Origin: Azolla caroliniana
Lineage: Eukaryota; Plantae; Polypodiophyta
DNA: 64,000 nt
NCBI GenBank assembly: GCA_043228905.1
Contig: JBHGNT010000033.1
Location: 62,001 to 126,000, forward strand
Direction of reading: 5' to 3'
The notes under the pieces: model-generated
The model's database searches: none
Seen by the model: only the letters and a program-made list of their open reading frames with translations
Told to the model about the DNA's origin: nothing
In this document: one piece after another, positions 60,901-64,000 of the stretch
Position numbering within the stretch: the first letter of the stretch is position 1
Layout: every line of letters starts with the position of its first letter
Made by a program: the position numbers and the translations under genes

Positions 60901-63900
60901 AATTAAAATATAAAGAAATCAGGTCGAGAGACATGAAGAAATTAGCAAATTTGAGGAGGTACTTGAGAAGAGCTCGTGAGTCAATTATAATGTACATACC
61001 GGGCTCGTGTGATATCGGATTTTTGTTTTCAAACATGCGTGTCGAAGCTCACAACGCTAGCTACGATATAGAATTAAAAAATCGAGATTTTGAAACTCAG
61101 GTCGAGAGACATGAAGAAATTAGCAAACTTGAGGAGGTACTTGAAAAGATCTCGTGAGTCAATTATAATGTTTATACCTGGCTCGTGTGATATCGGATTT
61201 TTGTGTTCAAACATGCGTATCGAAGCTAACAACGCTAGCTATGATATAGAATTAAAGAATTGAGATTTTGAAACTCAGGTCGAGAGACATGAAGAAATTA
61301 GCAAATTTGAGGAGGGATTTTAGAAGAGCCCGTGACTAAATTAAAATGTTCATACCTGGCTCGTGTGATATCGGATTTTTGTGTTCAAACATGCGTATCG
61401 AAGCTAACAACGCTAGCTATGATATTGAATTAAAAAATCAAGATTTCGAAACTCAGGTACAGAGACATGAAGAAATTAGCAAATTTGAGGATGGACTTTA
61501 GAAGAGCGCGTGAGTCAATTATAATGTTCATACCTGGCTCGTGTGCTATCGGATTTTTGTGTTCAAACATGTGTATGGAAGCTCACAACGCTAGCTATGA
61601 TATAGAATTAAAAAATCGAGATTTTGAAACTCAGGTCGAGAGACATGAAGAAATTAGCAAATTTGAGGAGGTACTTGAGAAGAGCCCGTGAGTCAATTAT
61701 AATGTTCATACCTGGCTCGTGTGATATCGGATTTTTGTGTTCAAACATGAGTATGGAAGCTCACAACGCTAGTTATGATATAGAATTAAAAAATCGAGAT
61801 TTTGAAACTCAGGTCGAGAGACGTGAAGAAATTAGCACATTTTAAGAGGTAATTGAGAAGAGCTCGTGAGTCAATTATAATGTTTATACCTGGCTCGTGT
61901 GATATCGGATTTTTGTGTTCAAACATGCGTATCGAAGCTAACAACGCTAGCTATGATATAGAATTAAAAAATCAGGTCGAGAGACATGAAGAAATTAGCA
62001 AATTTGAGGAGGGATTTTAGAAGAGCCCGTGACTAAATTAAAAAGTTCATACCCGGCTCGTGTGATATCGGATTTTTGTGTTCAAACATGAGTACTGAAG
62101 CTAACAACGCTAGCTATGATATAGAATTAAAAAATCGAGATTTTGAAACTCAGGTCGAGAGACATGAAGAAATTAGCAAATTTGAGGAGGGAGTTTAGAA
62201 GAGTGCGTGAGTAAATTAAAATGTTCATACCTGGCTCGTGTGATATCGGATTTTTGTGTTCAAACATGCGTATCGAAGCAAACAACGCTAGCTATGATAT
62301 AGAATTAAAAAATCAGGTCGAGAGACATGAAGAAATTAGCAAATTTGAGGAGGGATTTTAGAAGAGCCCGTGACTAAATTAAAATGTTCATACCCGGCTC
62401 GTGTGATATCGGATTTTTGTGTTCAAACATGAGTACTGAAGCTAACAACGCTAGCTATGATATAGAATTAAAAAATCGAGATTTTGAAACTCAGGTCGAG
62501 AGACATGAAGAAATTAGCAAATTTGAGGAGGGACTTTAGAAGAGCGCGTGAGTAAATTAAAATGTTCATACCTGGCTCGTGTGATATCGGATTTTTGTGT
62601 TCAAACATGAGTACTGAAGCTAACAACGCTAGCTATGATATAGAATTAAAAAATCGAGATTTTGAAACTCAGGTCGAGAGACATGAAGAAATTAGCAAAT
62701 TTGAGGAGGTACTTGAGAAGAGCCCGTGAGTCAATTATAATGTTCATACCTGGCTCATGTGATATCGGATTTTTGTGTTCAAACATGAGTATGGAAGCTC
62801 ACAACGCTAGTTATGATATAGAATTAAAAAATCGAGATTTTGAAACACAGGTCGAGAGACATGAAGAAATTGGCAAATTTGAGGAGGGACTTTAGAAGAG
62901 CCCGTGACTAAATTAAAATGTTGATACCTGGCTCGTGTGCTATCGGATTTTTGTGTTCAAACATGCGTATCCAAGCTAACAACGCTAGCTATGATATGGA
63001 ATTAAAAAATCGAGATTTTGAAACTCAGGTCGAGAGACATGAAGAAATTAGCAAATTTGAGGAGACATGAAGAAATTAGCAAATTTGAGGAGGTACTTGA
63101 GAAGAGCCCGTGAGTCAATTATAATGTTCATACCTGGCTCGTGTGCTATCGGATTTTTGTGTTCAAACATGCATATCGAAGCTAACAACGCTAGCTATGA
63201 TATAGAATTAAAAAATCGAGATTTTGAAACTCAGGTCGAGAGACATGAAGAAATTAGCAAATTTGAGGAGGTACTTGAGAAGAGCTCGTGAGTCAATTAT
63301 AATGTTCATACCTGGCTCGTGTGCTATCGGATTTTTGTGTTCAAACATGCGTATCGAAGCTCACAACGGTAGCTATGATATAGAATTAAAAAATCGAGAT
63401 TTTGAAACTCAGGTCGAGAGACATGAAGAAATTAGCAAATTTTAGGAGGTAATTGAGAAGAGCCCGTGAGTCAATTCTAATGTTCATACCTGGCTCGTGT
63501 GATATCGGATTTTTGTGTTCAAACATGCGTATCGAAGCAAACAACGCTAGCTATGATATAGAATTAAAAAATCATGATTTTGAAACTCAGGTCGAGAGAC
63601 ATGAAGAAATTAGCAAATTTGAGGAGGGACTTTAGATGAGCGCGTGAGTAAATTAAAATGTTCATACCTGGCTCGTGTGATATCGGATTTTTGTGTTCAA
63701 ATATGAGTATGGAAGCTAACAACGCTAGTTATGATATAGAATTAAAAAATCGAGATTTTGAAACACAGGTCGAGAGACATGAAGAAATTAGCAAATTTGA
63801 GGAGGGACTTTAGAAGAGCCCGTGACTAAATTAAAATGTTGATACCTGGCTCGTGTGCTATCGGATTTTTGTGTTCAAACATGCGTATCCAAGCTAACAA

Positions 63901-64000
63901 TGCTAGCCATGATATGGAATTAAAAAATCGAGATTTTGAAACTCAGGTCGAGAGACATGAAGAAATTAGCAAATTTGAGGAGGTAGTGGAGAAGAGCCCG
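57961..64000. repeat. 178-bp satellite tandem array (~34 monomers, continues past window end); candidate centromeric/pericentromeric or subtelomeric satellite
   Basis: AGAAGAGC.CGTGA anchors at 57961, 58139, 58317, 58495 and onward (period 178); variant monomers of 163, 171, 179 and 206 bp. Confidence 0.97.

Noticed and set aside
57931-63635. Many similar short ORFs (MKKLANLRR..., MFIPGSCDIGF...) resembling a peptide gene array
   Set aside because: They are translations of the 178-bp satellite; the period is not a multiple of 3 and stops vary among monomers.
22669-64000. Functional cluster of spindle (QWRF) and chromatin (FAS1) genes with a putative centromeric satellite
   Set aside because: Proximity alone is no evidence of a system, and the array edge appears to be a secondary rearrangement junction.

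Overview
Plant nuclear genomic DNA, probably a non-seed vascular plant such as a fern or lycophyte (inferred from a Tcn1/Tf1-sushi-like Ty3 element and gene divergence). It holds three intact intron-containing genes: a QWRF/augmin-8-family gene (-), CAF-1 large subunit FAS1 (+) and an FLDH-like extended SDR (-). There are two deeply nested retrotransposon stacks (about 2.9-18.2 kb, four layers; about 27.6-40.3 kb, five layers), most layers delimited by target-site duplications, plus LINE and SINE-like remnants. From about 57.96 kb to the end lies a 178-bp satellite array. The most novel object is a non-coding LTR element of about 2.8 kb (3534-17125 once nested copia elements are removed). It lacks a tRNA PBS but has an 11-nt PBS complementary to its own predicted transcript start plus an adjoining R-U5 stem (Tf1-type self-priming). 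Its U3 also carries a heat-shock-element array and an antisense tRNA-like A/B-box module. Other highlights are a Gag-capsid swap between two otherwise near-identical nested copia elements, strong CCGG enrichment, and a satellite array fused to a truncated LTR through microhomology. All alignments and counts were done by eye.
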